Shown one piece after another: positions 61,947 to 64,000 of a stretch of 64,000 bases of DNA. The position numbers were made by a program, and so were the translations under genes. The notes beneath the pieces are model-generated. The model had not been told where the DNA came from. It was given only the letters and a program-made list of their open reading frames with translations, and searched no databases. Source of the DNA: Phoronis australis (Eukaryota > Animalia > Phoronida); NCBI GenBank assembly GCA_002633005.1, contig NMRA01000109.1, forward strand, positions 164,858 to 228,857, given 5' to 3'. Numbering within the stretch: the first letter of the stretch is position 1; the number at the start of each line of letters is the position of its first letter.

Positions 61947-62859
61947 TGAGTTCCCACCATGACCCGGTGTCTAAAAAGAATTTTTTTTAATACACCATAA
62001 GAGATTTATTAGCCTTTAGTATACCTTTTGCTAAGAAACATGCCAACAATTAAAAAATATATTTTTTTTTCTACCGGCGTCGGTTGCACGTAAAGGGTGG
62101 AAGACCGTCTTCGCGGTTGATTTTACAGGTGCGATAGTGACGAGTTGCGAGTAAAGCTGCCTTTTCATACATGGAAAGGTGCGTTTGTTCAGGCTGTAGT
62201 AACTGCAACTTGTCTGAGTACGTCTCTGCTCAAATTTCGTAATAACCTGAAAGTTGCAGTTTGCGCGCCGCACAAGAATGTGGAAAGTCACTGAATTATA
62301 CGATTCAGTCGGGAGCCTCACCTTGTGCAGCACTTTTCTAGGAATCGTGTTTCGATCAAACATAAAAGCGGCGTTACAATGAAGGACTCACCACCTTGCA
62401 AGTCTATTTGCAACGAACAAACTACTTAGATTCTGTGGCGGGTGGTGCCAGGCCTCGATCCCGCCCCAGATGAAGTGCTACGACACGTAGGCATATTACA
62501 TTCGTGCTTAGACCGTGTAGTGCTCATTCCATCATGGCAATGTGACCCAGGTTTACTGTGGCCCTTATCAGTGATTATTAAGTGTCTATTTTTTAATATT
62601 GACTACCCATTGCTTCAGGTAATTGTGGCTGACACATGTCTGCAGCATTTCTCATGCAAGTGGGTCGAGTTCATACGCTAAGTGGGAAATCGAATTCATT
62701 GTGTGATGCCCGTATCCACTCTCCTAATTTTTTTTAAATTAAAAACAATCGCTACTACTTGGCATCAAAATGCCAACGTAGTTCAATTTTTGACACTCAT
62801 TTCATAATTATTAGCTAACTGAAACCTCAAAAACTAAGATTGTTAATGACGGGAACTCT
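61947..62859 (+). mobile_element. Kolobok-like THAP element, second copy
   Basis: TTAA|TGAGTTCCCACCATGACC ... ATGACGGGAACTCT|GTAA; collinear with 31866-32943. Confidence 0.7.
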
Positions 62860-63492
62860 GTAAAACCTCATATTCCTAAATTGGCACCAACCTGGTCAGT
62901 TTCGACATATTAATTAATTTGAATCGTTGGACTCAAGACAACTTCCATTTGGGGCCAGTGAGGTAGCGCCGCGCTTGCGTGGCATTTGTTGGCATTTGTT
63001 TGTTTTAGGGTGAGTTATTTGTAATGAATTCACTGTTAATAAAACTGTCGTGAATAAAAGTCATATCGTTAAGAAGCCCTTCTTCAATTGTTGATCGCTT
63101 ATGATTATACTAAAAGCAAAAGATCAAGAATTTAATTGGTAATTAATTATTATTTCGCATATGTGACAGTTTTAAAAAATATTGTTTTAGTTGTAAACAC
63201 CAAGAGTAATAGTTATATGAAAAAGTAAATGAACCAGAGAATCAATGACTTATTAATCCAGGAGGGAAATAATCTCAATCAAAATGCCTACCTTATCAAG
63301 ACAAAATAAGCTTCTAGCATACGGATCCCTCACAGTTTCTGTGACGAATTGAGTCTGGCTCCATCCAAACTTGTACATGTAGGTCTTTATATTGGACCTT
63401 TAGTGCAGCTTGATACAGTTCTTCAAGAAGCGTTCAGGATACTGTGACATTAACAAGTAAATGTGAAACTAATTACTCCAAGTAACTATATG

Positions 63493-64000
63493 AAATTCAA
63501 ATTCAAATTCAAATTCATGTATTTCAACATTTAAGGCCTTGGCCCACATGTTACATAAAGTTTACAGGATAACGCTGAGCAGCTTTTCCCTGAGAGCAGT
63601 GGCGTGAAATACAAATTTCATTAGATTAATCTTAGCAATGGGCTCCGACATTTTCATAAGTTTTACAAATTTATGTTTATTTGGTTCACGCCAGCACCAC
63701 TCAGGTATAAATGCAGTTCTCAGAGAGCAGTACATTTTACAAACACATATAAAATGGTATTCATCTTCAATTAAGGACACACAGAAACAACACACACGGT
63801 ATTTTTGGTCCACGAGAGTATGTCCACCTTTCTCTATCATCAAGTTGTGGTTGGAGCAACGTAATTTAGCCATAGCTGCTAAAAAGATATATGGAATATC
63901 ACGCAACAGATAGGATTCCATTTCAAAATCAATTTTAAATGAGAAATATGTATTAAGTTTTGAGCTATTCTCCACAGCAAAGCTCCAGTCTTGTAAAAAA
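63493..64000 (-). mobile_element. 3' end of an RTEX-like LINE with (GAATTT)4 tail
   Basis: ORF 63562-63975: KLNTY..FK, AKLRCSNHNLMIEKG, CxxC..IEDEYHFICVC; AAATTC x4 at 63493-63516. Confidence 0.85.

Noticed and set aside
4741-63380. Frequent TACATGTA palindromes as a locus-specific regulatory code
   Set aside because: Scattered through both TEs and unique sequence; looks like a genome-wide compositional feature, and enrichment cannot be tested here.

Overview
AT-rich eukaryotic (probably marine invertebrate; inference) genomic DNA, mostly transposon-filled introns of one + strand gene that the ORF track does not assemble. Splicing by hand gives the 3' part of a type I membrane protein: an array of phase-1 symmetric microexons (24, 15 and 12 nt; G-T-Q-K-G-T-x-K-like peptides, 4263-33824), most sitting in their own duplicated intron cassette, then an acidic Gly/Asp/Ser exon (34730-34882), a two-exon SEA domain with a GSVV motif (45876-46047, 52681-52850), a 24-nt juxtamembrane exon (54928-54951), and a TM helix plus a short acidic tail carrying a DSGVTS motif (61559-61689). 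The 5' end lies upstream of the window. The array shows birth and death: dead exon copies, and a recent 2.36-kb tandem duplication whose breakpoint lies inside a MITE. Introns and flanks hold three antisense RTEX-like LINEs (one apparently intact), two decayed Gypsy elements, Kolobok-like THAP elements, CR1/L2 and hAT relics and many MITEs/foldbacks. The gene model is unverified by transcripts, and TE boundaries are approximate.
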